Source: Candidatus Poriferisocius sp.
Lineage (GTDB): Bacteria > Actinomycetota > Acidimicrobiia > Acidimicrobiales > Bin134
Length of the DNA: 64,000 bases
Assembly (NCBI RefSeq): GCF_965204015.1
Contig: NZ_OZ241965.1
Location: forward strand, 453,714 to 517,713
Direction: 5' to 3'
The first letter of the stretch is position 1. Each line of letters opens with the position of its first letter. Of this stretch, positions 48,021 to 56,364 are shown one piece after another. The notes under the pieces are model-generated. The model was given only the letters and a program-made list of their open reading frames with translations. It was not told the origin of the DNA and searched no databases. A program made the translations under genes and the position numbers.

Positions 48021-50372
48021 TCAGGCTTCGGGATCAGTCGCCGTGGCCGGATCGGGGCCGTCGACGGATTCGGACCCCACGTCGGAGCCGGGGTCGCCCG
48101 GCGAGTCCGAGCCGGATCCGGGACCCACGCAGGTATCGGCGACACCGTCATCGTTTGAGTCCAAGGGGAACTGACCGTCGAGGCACTCCACTTCGATGGG
48201 CGTGGGGGTTCCGCAGTACAGCGGGATGGGTTCTCCGCCCTCCACCGCGAACTCGCTGAACCCGCAGGGCTCGACTCCCTCGGTGACCAACAGGTCCACG
48301 CAGGCGTCGTGGGTGCCGTCGTCGTCGGTGTCCACCGGCACGATGATGGGCACGATCACCTCCGGGTCTTCGGGCTCAAGTGGCGTCGCGCAGGGAACGC
48401 CCACGGTGAACACGTCCTCCAGCTCTATCAGCTCGCTGATCCGGATCTCGTTGGGACAGCTGGGGAAGTCCACCACCTCCAGGCCCTCGTGATGGCTGGT
48501 CATAAACCGCCCCCACGCCACCGCGGGATAGGAGCTGCCGGTCACCTTGCGCATAGGAATGCGCTCGTTGGGGTTCCCCAGCCACACCGCAGTGGCCAGA
48601 TGGGGGGTGAACCCCACGAACCAGGCGTCGGCCGACTCCTCGGTGGTGCCGGTTTTGCCGGCGGCAACCTGGAGCGGCAACTGGGCCCGTCGCCCGGTGC
48701 CGTTGACCATGTTGTTCTCCAGCACGTCGGTGGCCCAGCACGCCGAGCGCTCCGACACCACCCGCTCGCCCGACAGCTCATGGGCATAGAGCACGTTGCC
48801 CTGGCGGTCGACGATCCGCTCGATGAAATAGGGCTCGTAGCGGATCCCACCGGTGGCCATCACCCCGTAGGCCGACGCCATATCGATGGGGTGGACTTCC
48901 TCGGAGCCCAACGGAAGCGACGCCACCGGCTCCAACTCAGTGGTGATTCCCATCTTCGATGCGGTTTCGATGACCGGCTCAATGCCCGCCACCCGGCCCA
49001 GCCGCAAGAACGCGCAGTTGGAGGAGACCCTGATCTGATCAGTAATGGTCTGTACATCACCGGGCGAGCTGGCGAAGTTGTTGGCCACATAGGGGTCGGG
49101 CACGCCGCCGGGATTGGGAATCTGGCAGGGTCCCCGCCCGCTGATCCGGTCGCTGGGCTGGTAGCCCTGTTCGAACAGGGTCATCATCACAAACGTCTTG
49201 AACGCCGACCCCGGCTGGCGGGAGCCCTGGGTGGCCAGGTTGAACTCCTCTTCATCTTGGGCGAATCCCGGTCCGCCCACCACCGCTCGCACCGCCCCGG
49301 TATCGGGCTCAAGGGCGGCCAGCGCCATGGTGGCCTCCACGCCGCCGTGTTCTCCCTCGTTGTACTCAACCAACGTGGCCGCAACCGCGTCCTCCGCCTG
49401 TCGCTGGGCGACCGGGTCAAAGGTGGTGTAAATGCTGAGGCCGCCGTTGAACACCAGGTTGAAGCGATCCTCAGGACTCCCGCCCAAATACTTGGGGTCG
49501 TCGAGGAGCTGCTGCTTCACCTCCTCCACGAAATAGCTCTTGGGAGGCAGCTCGATCTCGTTGACCGCGGTGGGCAGCGGCTGGAGGTGGAACAGGTCGG
49601 CCTGCTCTTCGGTGATGTAGCCCAGCACAGCGAGCCGGTTGAGCACGATCCGCCGCTGGCGCAATGCCCGCAGGGGGTTGTTGATGGGGTCGTAGCTGCT
49701 GGGATTGCTGATGAGCGCGGCCAGCAGCGCAGACTCCCCCCAGCCCAGATCGGCGGCGTCCAGCCCCCAGTACACCTCGGCAGCGGCCTGCACGCCGTAG
49801 GCACCCTGGCCGAAGTACACCGTGTTCAGGTACAGGTTGAGGATCTCGTCTTTGCCCATCTCCCGCTCTAAACGCTTGGCCATGGCCATCTCCTGGAGCT
49901 TGCGCTCGGCTTCCACCTTGTTGCCCACCACCAGGTTCTTGATGAGCTGCTGGGTGATGGTGGACCCGCCCTGGGTGATGCCCCCGGCCCCGACGTTCTC
50001 CAGGCCGGCCCGGAATACCGCGCTGAGGTCGATGCCGGTGTGCAGATAGAAGTTCTCGTCCTCGATGGCGATAACCGTGTGCTTCACCTCTTCGGAGATG
50101 TCGTCGAGGTCCACCAACACCCGATTTTCCACGTAACTGAACACGTCGATGATCTGACGGTTGGCGTCGTAGACGTAGGAACGAATGGCCAGTTCGTTCA
50201 GACTGACATCCTCGGTCAGGTTGACCTCCACCGGGGTGGACTCCCACGACCTCAGCACGTCGGTGGTCGGGGGCCAGACCACGAACAAGGTGGCGGCCAA
50301 GGCCAGCGCCAGCATGGGCATGAGCACAGCGAGCCGGAGCAGGTGGGACAGCCACCTCAACAAGTCCTTCAC
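48021..50372 (-). CDS. Class A penicillin-binding protein (transglycosylase/transpeptidase)
   Basis: IEDENFY.H.G.D, QGGSTITQQL.KN, YLN.VYFG, RQPGSAFK, SSN, AGKTGT. Confidence 0.92.
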   Translation of the reverse strand: MKDLLRWLSHLLRLAVLMPMLALALAATLFVVWPPTTDVLRSWESTPVEVNLTEDVSLNELAIRSYVYDANRQIIDVFSYVENRVLVDLDDISEEVKHTVIAIEDENFYLHTGIDLSAVFRAGLENVGAGGITQGGSTITQQLIKNLVVGNKVEAERKLQEMAMAKRLEREMGKDEILNLYLNTVYFGQGAYGVQAAAEVYWGLDAADLGWGESALLAALISNPSSYDPINNPLRALRQRRIVLNRLAVLGYITEEQADLFHLQPLPTAVNEIELPPKSYFVEEVKQQLLDDPKYLGGSPEDRFNLVFNGGLSIYTTFDPVAQRQAEDAVAATLVEYNEGEHGGVEATMALAALEPDTGAVRAVVGGPGFAQDEEEFNLATQGSRQPGSAFKTFVMMTLFEQGYQPSDRISGRGPCQIPNPGGVPDPYVANNFASSPGDVQTITDQIRVSSNCAFLRLGRVAGIEPVIETASKMGITTELEPVASLPLGSEEVHPIDMASAYGVMATGGIRYEPYFIERIVDRQGNVLYAHELSGERVVSERSACWATDVLENNMVNGTGRRAQLPLQVAAGKTGTTEESADAWFVGFTPHLATAVWLGNPNERIPMRKVTGSSYPAVAWGRFMTSHHEGLEVVDFPSCPNEIRISELIELEDVFTVGVPCATPLEPEDPEVIVPIIVPVDTDDDGTHDACVDLLVTEGVEPCGFSEFAVEGGEPIPLYCGTPTPIEVECLDGQFPLDSNDDGVADTCVGPGSGSDSPGDPGSDVGSESVDGPDPATATDPEA

Positions 50373-50417
50373 CTGACCCCAAACGCTATCGGTTGCGAAA
50401 CGGGGTCTGGGGCGCGC

Positions 50418-50882
50418 TCAGTAGCTGCCGCCCAATTTGGTGTGGTCCCAGCTGATGGTCTTCTCGGCCTTGACCACCACGGCGGTGCGCTTCAAGGCCA
50501 TGTGTTCGGCTGCTTTGGACAGCATCTCCCGGTCGACGCCGGGGTTGTTGCGGACCATCACCTCCAAGGCATAGCCGTGCACCACTTCGGGGTCGGTGTG
50601 CAGCTCGGCGTGCCCGTTGATGGCCACGCCGCGGAGCTTGTCGTATTCGAGGCCGTCCTCCATCAAGAGGGCGATGCGGCTGTCCCGCTCCAGGTTCTTG
50701 ATCTTCTGCGACTTGGTGTAGGTCTCGAACACGATTTCACCGTCCACCACCGCGAACCACAGAGTGCTCAGATGGGGCGTCCCGTCTTGGTTGATGGTGG
50801 CTACCTGGAGGCTCTTCTGCTCCTCGATGAAAACCTCGAGCTCTTCGGGGTTGAGGCGGATCTTGTCGCGTCGGTTTGCCAT
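50418..50882 (-). CDS. PPOX-class F420-dependent oxidoreductase
   Basis: VATI..DG.PH...W, KSQK..NL.RD, LRGV...G.A, SWDH.KL. Confidence 0.8.
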   Translation of the reverse strand: MANRRDKIRLNPEELEVFIEEQKSLQVATINQDGTPHLSTLWFAVVDGEIVFETYTKSQKIKNLERDSRIALLMEDGLEYDKLRGVAINGHAELHTDPEVVHGYALEVMVRNNPGVDREMLSKAAEHMALKRTAVVVKAEKTISWDHTKLGGSY

Positions 50883-50909
50883 GTTCTCAGCTTCGCATAC
50901 TGTCCGGGC

Positions 50910-51060
50910 TTAACGCATGAGCATGGGGATCCCGGCCGACATGCCGGGGTCAATGGCCATCTCAGTCCCGGTGAAGTACGCCGCTGCCCGGCTTGCCAGA
51001 AAGACAGTGGTCGGCGATATGTCTTCGACTCTTCTACAGCGGGGGATCGCGGCCCAATTC
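50910..51060 (-). pseudogene. C-terminal remnant of a short-chain dehydrogenase/reductase
   Basis: Manual translation: AAIPRCRRVEDISPTTVFLASRAAAYFTGTEMAIDPGMSAG..stop; no N-terminal Rossmann part. Confidence 0.6.
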
Positions 51061-51170
51061 GGTGAGGACAACCACGTTGCCTTCCAGGTGAAACAGCCGA
51101 ACGCCCTCGAAGCTTTGGCCCCGCGCCGTCCCAGTGATCACTACAACCTGTCCGTCGAATTGGGAGGTCA

Positions 51171-51620
51171 CTAATCGAACCTGCCTAGGGGCTCCGGCGA
51201 ATAGACCTCCTAGATCAGCTTGGGCGGATCACGGTCGAGCCGTCCCTCGCCGACCAACTCGGTGAAGCTGAGCCAGGCGTAGCCCTCATCGGAAGTCTCA
51301 CACTGGCTGGCGAACAGCGCCAAAATCCGACCGTCGGCCTGCCTCGCTTTGGCGAGATCAACTCGCGCGATGTGCTGCATGTAGACCAGCGAATCGTTGT
51401 CGGTCTCGAACATGGCGCGAACCTCCACGTCGGTCACACCGGCAATTGCCACATAGCAGCCATTGGCCCACTTCGAGCGCGCATTGACACCCTCGCCCTG
51501 CCAGACGATCCCGCGAAGGGTCGAGACCGACCGTGTTCCTTCCGGTTCGCCATCGAAGCTGAACAGCCCGTCGGGGAAGGCGTCGACAATCAGAGCGCCG
51601 AGCGGTCGGAGTTGCAAACA
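51171..51620 (-). pseudogene. DUF3237-like gene, degraded, with an in-frame TAG near the 3' end
   Basis: VRAMFETD...VYM, ETSD..YAWL....VGEG; reads LI*EVY at 51210 where a Tyr codon would fit; no clear start. Confidence 0.55.
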
Positions 51621-51768
51621 AATCCTGATTCTCCTCTCATCACCGAGACCGGCCGGCAGTAGTACGGCTAGCGAGCCGTCCGGAGAACATTGCTCGCCCC
51701 ACGGAAACAACTGCCTCAACCAGCAGTTCGGCCGCCCGACGCTTGGCTCGTCGGCACTCCTCCTGGCA

Positions 51769-52728
51769 CTAGTTGTAATGCCCATAGAGGTTGTGGACGC
51801 GTGAGGCGGGTGTGCCGCCGATGGCGGTGTGGTGGCGGTGGAGATTGTAGTGGTGGATCCAGGTTTGGAGTCGGCGTCGGCGGTCGGGTTCTGATCTGAA
51901 TGTGTAGTTGTAGAGGAACTCGTCTGCGATGGTGTGGTTGAAGCGCTCGGCTTTGCCGTTTGTCTGGGGCCTGTAGGGGCGGGTGAAGGTGTGGTCGATG
52001 GCTTGTCGGGCGAGGTGGGCGGCGAATTTCTTGGACCGGAAGTTCGCCCCGTTGTCGGTGATGATCTCGTCTACGGCCACGCCGATGGAGCGGAACCAGA
52101 TGCGGGCCCGCTCGAAGAAACCGCACAGGGTGTCGGCGGTCTCGTCGTCGAGGGCCTCGACGTAGGCGAGGCGGCTGTGGTCGTCGACGGCGACGTGGAG
52201 GTAGCTGTAGCCGACCCTGGGGCGGCGGCGGGCTCCGCGGGCCGGGGTGTTGGCCCTGCCGTGGGCTCTCCACCCGCCGCCGGGCGGCACCTTGTCGACT
52301 TTTTTGACGTCCAGATGGACCAGGTCGCCCGGATGGGGGCGCTCATAGCGGCGTATCACCTTGCCGGTGGGCCGGTCGATCCAGCTGAGCCGGTTGAGCC
52401 CGTTTCGCACCAGGATCTTGTGCACCGTCGACGCCGGCACCCCCAACCGGGCGCCGATGCGGGCCGGACCCCACCGCTTTTGGCGGCGCAGCCGGCACAC
52501 CCGCTCCTCCACAGCGGCGCAGGTGCGACGAGGCGACCGGCGCGGGCGAGACGACCGGTCCTTGAGCCCGGCCTCGCCGTGGGCCACCCAGCGGCTCCAC
52601 CACTTGGCCACCGTGGACCGCGACAGGCCCATCTGGGCGACCACATGGGCCTGGGGCATCCCGCCCTCGATCCGCTGGACCATCAACAAACGCCCAGCCG
52701 GGGTGAAAGGTGCATTAGCGTGCGACAT
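51769..52728 (-). CDS. IS481-family DDE transposase
   Basis: MSHANA..TP.GR, L.DRSSRP, RYER..PG.L.H.D.KK, VDDHSR, TDNG, YRPQTNGKAERF, YN..R.H. Confidence 0.93.
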   Translation of the reverse strand: MSHANAPFTPAGRLLMVQRIEGGMPQAHVVAQMGLSRSTVAKWWSRWVAHGEAGLKDRSSRPRRSPRRTCAAVEERVCRLRRQKRWGPARIGARLGVPASTVHKILVRNGLNRLSWIDRPTGKVIRRYERPHPGDLVHLDVKKVDKVPPGGGWRAHGRANTPARGARRRPRVGYSYLHVAVDDHSRLAYVEALDDETADTLCGFFERARIWFRSIGVAVDEIITDNGANFRSKKFAAHLARQAIDHTFTRPYRPQTNGKAERFNHTIADEFLYNYTFRSEPDRRRRLQTWIHHYNLHRHHTAIGGTPASRVHNLYGHYN

Positions 52729-52836
52729 CGAGCCTCCCTTGCTCAGTGCGGTAGTACGCAACCACCACACTGGCATCGGAGGCTCACCCAATAGCGGAGC
52801 TACCTGCCCGAGCTAACAACCTCTGTGGACAGAACA
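51774..52836 (-). mobile_element. IS481-family insertion sequence, 1063 bp, 6-bp ACTAGT target duplication
   Basis: Ends TGTaaTGcCCAtAGAGGTTGT and (reverse complement) TGTtcTGtCCAcAGAGGTTGT; actagt at 51768-51773 and 52837-52842. Confidence 0.92.
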
Positions 52837-53048
52837 ACTAGTCCGTCTTCCATATCAGGGTGGCCATGCGGCCTAGGCGGCCGCACAGCTCCAGTTCCAG
52901 GGATCGAGGCCCTCGGCCATCGAGGCCGCGGTGGCCACGCCGGCGCTCAGCACAGCTCCAGGGCCGCCACAGCCGGCGCTGAGCGCCCCAGCTTGATCAG
53001 GTTGCCGGTTGGGCCCCTCGATGGCGGAGCGGACGACTAGCGTTCGGC

Positions 53049-54977
53049 TCAGCGGCCATGCAGCGACCAGTAATAGGCCACGACGACCTCGTTGAACTCC
53101 TGGGCAGTGAGCCTCCCGGCACCGAAGTCGCTGAGCGCCTGGTCGAACTCCGCTTTGTCGATCTTCGCATCGCCGTTGGCGTTATAGCGTGTAGCCGCAC
53201 CCGAGACAACCGGTGTCGGCGTCGGCGTGGGCGTGGGCGTCGGTGTCGGCGTGGGCGTCGGCGTGGGCCTGGTGTTGGAATCTATAGACGTGGGATCGTT
53301 AACTTCTAGCCATTGCCTGATGTTCCAGCAAGCTGCGACCACCAATCCACTCATGGCGGCACCAGTAACCAGAGCAGGCGCTGCTGCAACTCCCGTTGCT
53401 GCCAGCACAGCGGTTACAGCGACTCCCGTAGCCCATTGAGTAGCCTGGTTGCGGCAAATACCTTGCGTTCCAGCCTTAACGGATGCTTTCAGCGCTTGCT
53501 CAAAACCGTTGGTTATTGCAGTTCTGATTTCGCCTCTAATATCAGAACTCTTACCGACTACAATCTTTCCGTTTTCGACCACGTATTCCACACCGCCAAT
53601 AACAACTTTTCCGGCGTTGACGACATGTTCAACACCGTTGACAACAACTTTTGTGACTGTGCCTGCAATGTCTACCGGGGTGGCTTCTTTGAGTTTGGGC
53701 CTATGGCAGTCGTGGGTTTCGTCCTGTTTTTCCCAAACGGCTAGCTCATAGAGCGTGCGGGTAGTTGTTCCCACTGAATTCAAGTCGGTTGTTGTCGCAC
53801 CGGTGGTTATGTGTATCCACATCGGGCTAGGCAACGGCGGAGAGTAGTAGCCAGCTAGGCAAGGGTGGGCATCGTGGGTGGTGGTGCTTTCGTATTCTCC
53901 AGTTCCGACCGTGCGGTATCGAGTTTCGTATTTTGCCTGGGTTCCGTAGACCGGAATTTGCTCGTAGTTGTAGACATCCCTGGTCTTCGTGACGGTGCGG
54001 GTTCTCGTCTCATCACCGTAGACCGGAATTTGCTCGTAGTTGTAGACATCCCTGGTCTTCGTGACGGTGCGGGTTCTCGTCTCATCACCGTAGACCGGAA
54101 TTTGCTCGTAGTTGTAGACATCCCTGGTCTTCGTGACGGTGCGGGTTCTCGTCTCATCACCGTAGACCGGCTGGTTCTCGTAGTTGAAGACTTCTTCGGT
54201 TTTTGTGTAGGGCGGAATCCTGGTTTTCTTGTAGCCGGTGAACCTCTTGGTGACAACATCCTCATACTGCGGAACATTCACATAGTTGAAGGCCGGAACG
54301 TCGACATAGTTGAAAGCCGGGACCATTATGTAGCGCGGATCGACCCGAACCTGGATGCAACCGCCTCCTGGACCGCCAACGCATACTGTCTCATAGTTGA
54401 AGACTTCTTTTGACCTGGTAAAAGGTGCGACCCGCTCTTTTTTGGTGTAGGGCGGGACCCTCACCTGCTTGTTGCCTATGAACCTCTTTGTGACAACATC
54501 CTCATACTGCGGAACATTGACATAGTTGAAAGCCGGAATCGAGATGTACCGCGGGTCAACCCGGACCTGCTGATAACCCACAATCACCTGAACGGTGTAT
54601 TCCTCTTCGTCCTCGTAGGTCTCTGTGAACGGCGCTATCCGGTCGCCGTTCTTGTAACCGGTGACCACCTGAACGGTGTATTCCTCTTCGTCCTCGTAGG
54701 TCTCTGTGAACGGCGCTATCCGGTCGCCGTTCTTGTAACCGGTGATGCCTTGAACGGTGTATTCCTCTTCGTCCTCGTAGGTCTCTGTGAACGGCGCTAT
54801 CCGGTCGCCGTTCTTGTAACCGGTGACCACCCGCTCCTCGCCCACCTTGACCTGGTAGGGCTCCCTCCTTGTGATTTCTGTTCTCGTGGTGGTCGGATCG
54901 TGAGCGCTGGCAGTAGCGGGCAACAATGCTGCCGCAACACAAAACACGGCAAACAGACTGAGAAAACGGCGGGCCAT
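53049..54977 (-). CDS. Secreted repeat protein: signal peptide, beta-rich repeat stalk, low-GC Cys-flanked hydrophobic domain, PT linker, EF-hand/dockerin-like C-terminal module
   Basis: SD aaggagg before ATG 54977; MARRFLSLFAVFCVAAALLPATASA signal peptide; tandem 27-aa and 24-aa repeats; (PT)9; YNANGDAKIDKAE. Confidence 0.8.
   Translation of the reverse strand: MARRFLSLFAVFCVAAALLPATASAHDPTTTRTEITRREPYQVKVGEERVVTGYKNGDRIAPFTETYEDEEEYTVQGITGYKNGDRIAPFTETYEDEEEYTVQVVTGYKNGDRIAPFTETYEDEEEYTVQVIVGYQQVRVDPRYISIPAFNYVNVPQYEDVVTKRFIGNKQVRVPPYTKKERVAPFTRSKEVFNYETVCVGGPGGGCIQVRVDPRYIMVPAFNYVDVPAFNYVNVPQYEDVVTKRFTGYKKTRIPPYTKTEEVFNYENQPVYGDETRTRTVTKTRDVYNYEQIPVYGDETRTRTVTKTRDVYNYEQIPVYGDETRTRTVTKTRDVYNYEQIPVYGTQAKYETRYRTVGTGEYESTTTHDAHPCLAGYYSPPLPSPMWIHITTGATTTDLNSVGTTTRTLYELAVWEKQDETHDCHRPKLKEATPVDIAGTVTKVVVNGVEHVVNAGKVVIGGVEYVVENGKIVVGKSSDIRGEIRTAITNGFEQALKASVKAGTQGICRNQATQWATGVAVTAVLAATGVAAAPALVTGAAMSGLVVAACWNIRQWLEVNDPTSIDSNTRPTPTPTPTPTPTPTPTPTPVVSGAATRYNANGDAKIDKAEFDQALSDFGAGRLTAQEFNEVVVAYYWSLHGR
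53211..53267 (-). repeat. Pro-Thr linker microsatellite
   Basis: ggcgtc/ggcgtg/ggtgtc hexamer run encoding PTPTPT. Confidence 0.85.
53944..54170 (-). repeat. 72-bp perfect tandem repeat x3 (YGDETRTRTVTKTRDVYNYEQIPV)
   Basis: Units begin at 53944, 54016, 54088; partial at 54160. Confidence 0.95.
54585..54831 (-). repeat. 81-bp near-perfect tandem repeat x3 (VVTGYKNGDRIAPFTETYEDEEEYTVQ)
   Basis: tgaacggtgtattcc recurs at 54589, 54670, 54751. Confidence 0.95.
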
Positions 54978-55154
54978 TGGGCGGCCTCCTTCGGGCGGTC
55001 GGGTAATTCCGACTACAGAAACCCGCGGCCAAGCCCGAAGGAGACCAAGGTCAAGCCCAATCCATATCGGAGGGGACGAGCCAATACCCGAGCCGCTAAC
55101 ACGCTTGACCGCAGGGGAAAACCCCACGGGTTTCTGTAGTCGGAGCCAACTCTA
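54976..55154 (-). promoter_or_regulatory. Structured 5' leader (candidate cis-regulatory RNA) with upstream -10 box
   Basis: 21-bp inverted repeat 55008-55028/55124-55144, inner stem 55049-55056/55103-55110, anti-SD 55033-55047 complementary to 54982-54996, TAGAGT -10 at 55149-55154. Confidence 0.65.
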
Positions 55155-55269
55155 TACCTACTTTTGAGGCGTCCGCAAGCGCTGCCAGCCCGATCTCCCC
55201 CAAATAGCTTTGTATAAAGCCGAATAGGTGTTAGGTTGGCTGTATGGCCCCCGCTTGGGAACTCGACTG

Positions 55270-55509
55270 ATGCCCCGCTTGTCGCCGCTCGTGCGCCAGC
55301 AAAGGGCCGAAGCGCTGGCGGCGGTCGCCTCTATAGGCCGCCAGGTCGCTGCCGACACAGAAGCGCTGACAGCCGCCATGAGCCACGCCAACAGCGTCGG
55401 CTGCTCCTGGCACGAGATCGCCCGCCATGCCCCCGTGAACCGGGCTACCGCCCAACGCCGAGTCAAGCGGTGGCAGCAAACCCCCAACACAACCGAAAGG
55501 CAGCCATGA
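55270..55509 (+). CDS. Small helix-turn-helix protein
   Basis: A...G.SWHEIA....VNRATAQRR HTH-like motif; stop overlaps next ATG (ATGA). Confidence 0.6.
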   Translation: MPRLSPLVRQQRAEALAAVASIGRQVAADTEALTAAMSHANSVGCSWHEIARHAPVNRATAQRRVKRWQQTPNTTERQP

Positions 55510-55946
55510 GCCCCCAACCCACAACGCCACACCAAACACCGCCCACGATTGCACCGCCCGCAGGCCGCCGCTTGGTCGTTTTTGCGGCGGTCGTTATAGC
55601 TCTAGGGGGGGCGCTGTTGCCAGTAGCGCCGGAACTGACCATAACCCTTATGGGTCTGCTTGCGGTCTGCTGCCTCGGCTTCTCGGCCCGCTATGCCGTG
55701 TTTTGGCTCAAGCACCGCCCGCTGCCACGCGATTACGACGACAAGGGCAAGCCCAAACCGAACAAAATCGAGGATTTGCTGCTCGTTGTATTTGCGCAAT
55801 TACCACTCTTGGCTTGGGCATTATTGAAGGGTGGTAGCGGGTTGAACGTGTGGTGGCTACTGGCAGTGGCGCTTATGGCACCCTTCTATGCTCTCGGTAA
55901 GTTTGCCCTGTTCCGCTGGTGGCTTCCCCGCAAAATTAGCCGGTGA
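55506..55946 (+). CDS. Hypothetical 4-TM membrane protein
   Basis: Translationally coupled to HTH gene; four hydrophobic segments. Confidence 0.6.
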   Translation: MSPQPTTPHQTPPTIAPPAGRRLVVFAAVVIALGGALLPVAPELTITLMGLLAVCCLGFSARYAVFWLKHRPLPRDYDDKGKPKPNKIEDLLLVVFAQLPLLAWALLKGGSGLNVWWLLAVALMAPFYALGKFALFRWWLPRKISR

Positions 55947-55961
55947 GCTGGGGCGGGTCGC

Positions 55962-56189
55962 CTAGTTCGGCCAGCGCCGGTTAATCCACCGGCTAGCGGA
56001 TTCGTCCAGCACGGCAACCACAAAGCGAACCAGCATCCCCAACAAGAGAGCCGCAACCAAACCGGCTATGGCGCTGGCAACAACAGGCAGCCCCACAGAC
56101 TCAAACTGACCCCAGAACCAGCGTGGGGTAGCCAGAACGGCAAGAAGGAACGCTAAAAGGGGAGACATGGCTTCTAGAACAGCACCCAA
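55962..56189 (-). CDS. Small hydrophobic 2-TM protein (possibly degraded)
   Basis: 75-aa ORF with two hydrophobic stretches. Confidence 0.4.
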   Translation of the reverse strand: MGAVLEAMSPLLAFLLAVLATPRWFWGQFESVGLPVVASAIAGLVAALLLGMLVRFVVAVLDESASRWINRRWPN

Positions 56190-56364
56190 CCTCTCACGCG
56201 GCCAGCACCAGGGCAGCGATGCGCATGCCGCTCCGCTCTGAATAAGCTTCCATGTCCATCAATCACCCCACGGCACGATATCGGTTCATCGCAGACCCCA
56301 AATCGCAGGTTAGGAGGTTGTGCTGACTGACCGAGCGGAAGGATCGCGGCTACCGGATGGGTAA

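Noticed and set aside
52843-53045. Possible degraded gene interrupted by IS481
   Set aside because: No frame gives a motif I can assign with confidence
53944-54831. CRISPR-like repeats
   Set aside because: Head-to-tail units without unique spacers, lengths are multiples of 3 and lie inside an ORF
55055-55105. c-di-AMP (ydaO) riboswitch resemblance on + strand (aatcc...gga, gggga, cccgagcc, gctaac)
   Set aside because: Lacks the central GGGGUGAAU...UAGGG core and is antisense to the adjacent secreted-protein gene; G-U pairs favour the minus-strand fold
55008-55144. Invertible promoter or MITE bounded by the 21-bp inverted repeat
   Set aside because: No recombinase in the window, no target duplication and no full promoter inside; internal anti-SD complementarity fits an RNA switch better, though read data are needed to exclude it
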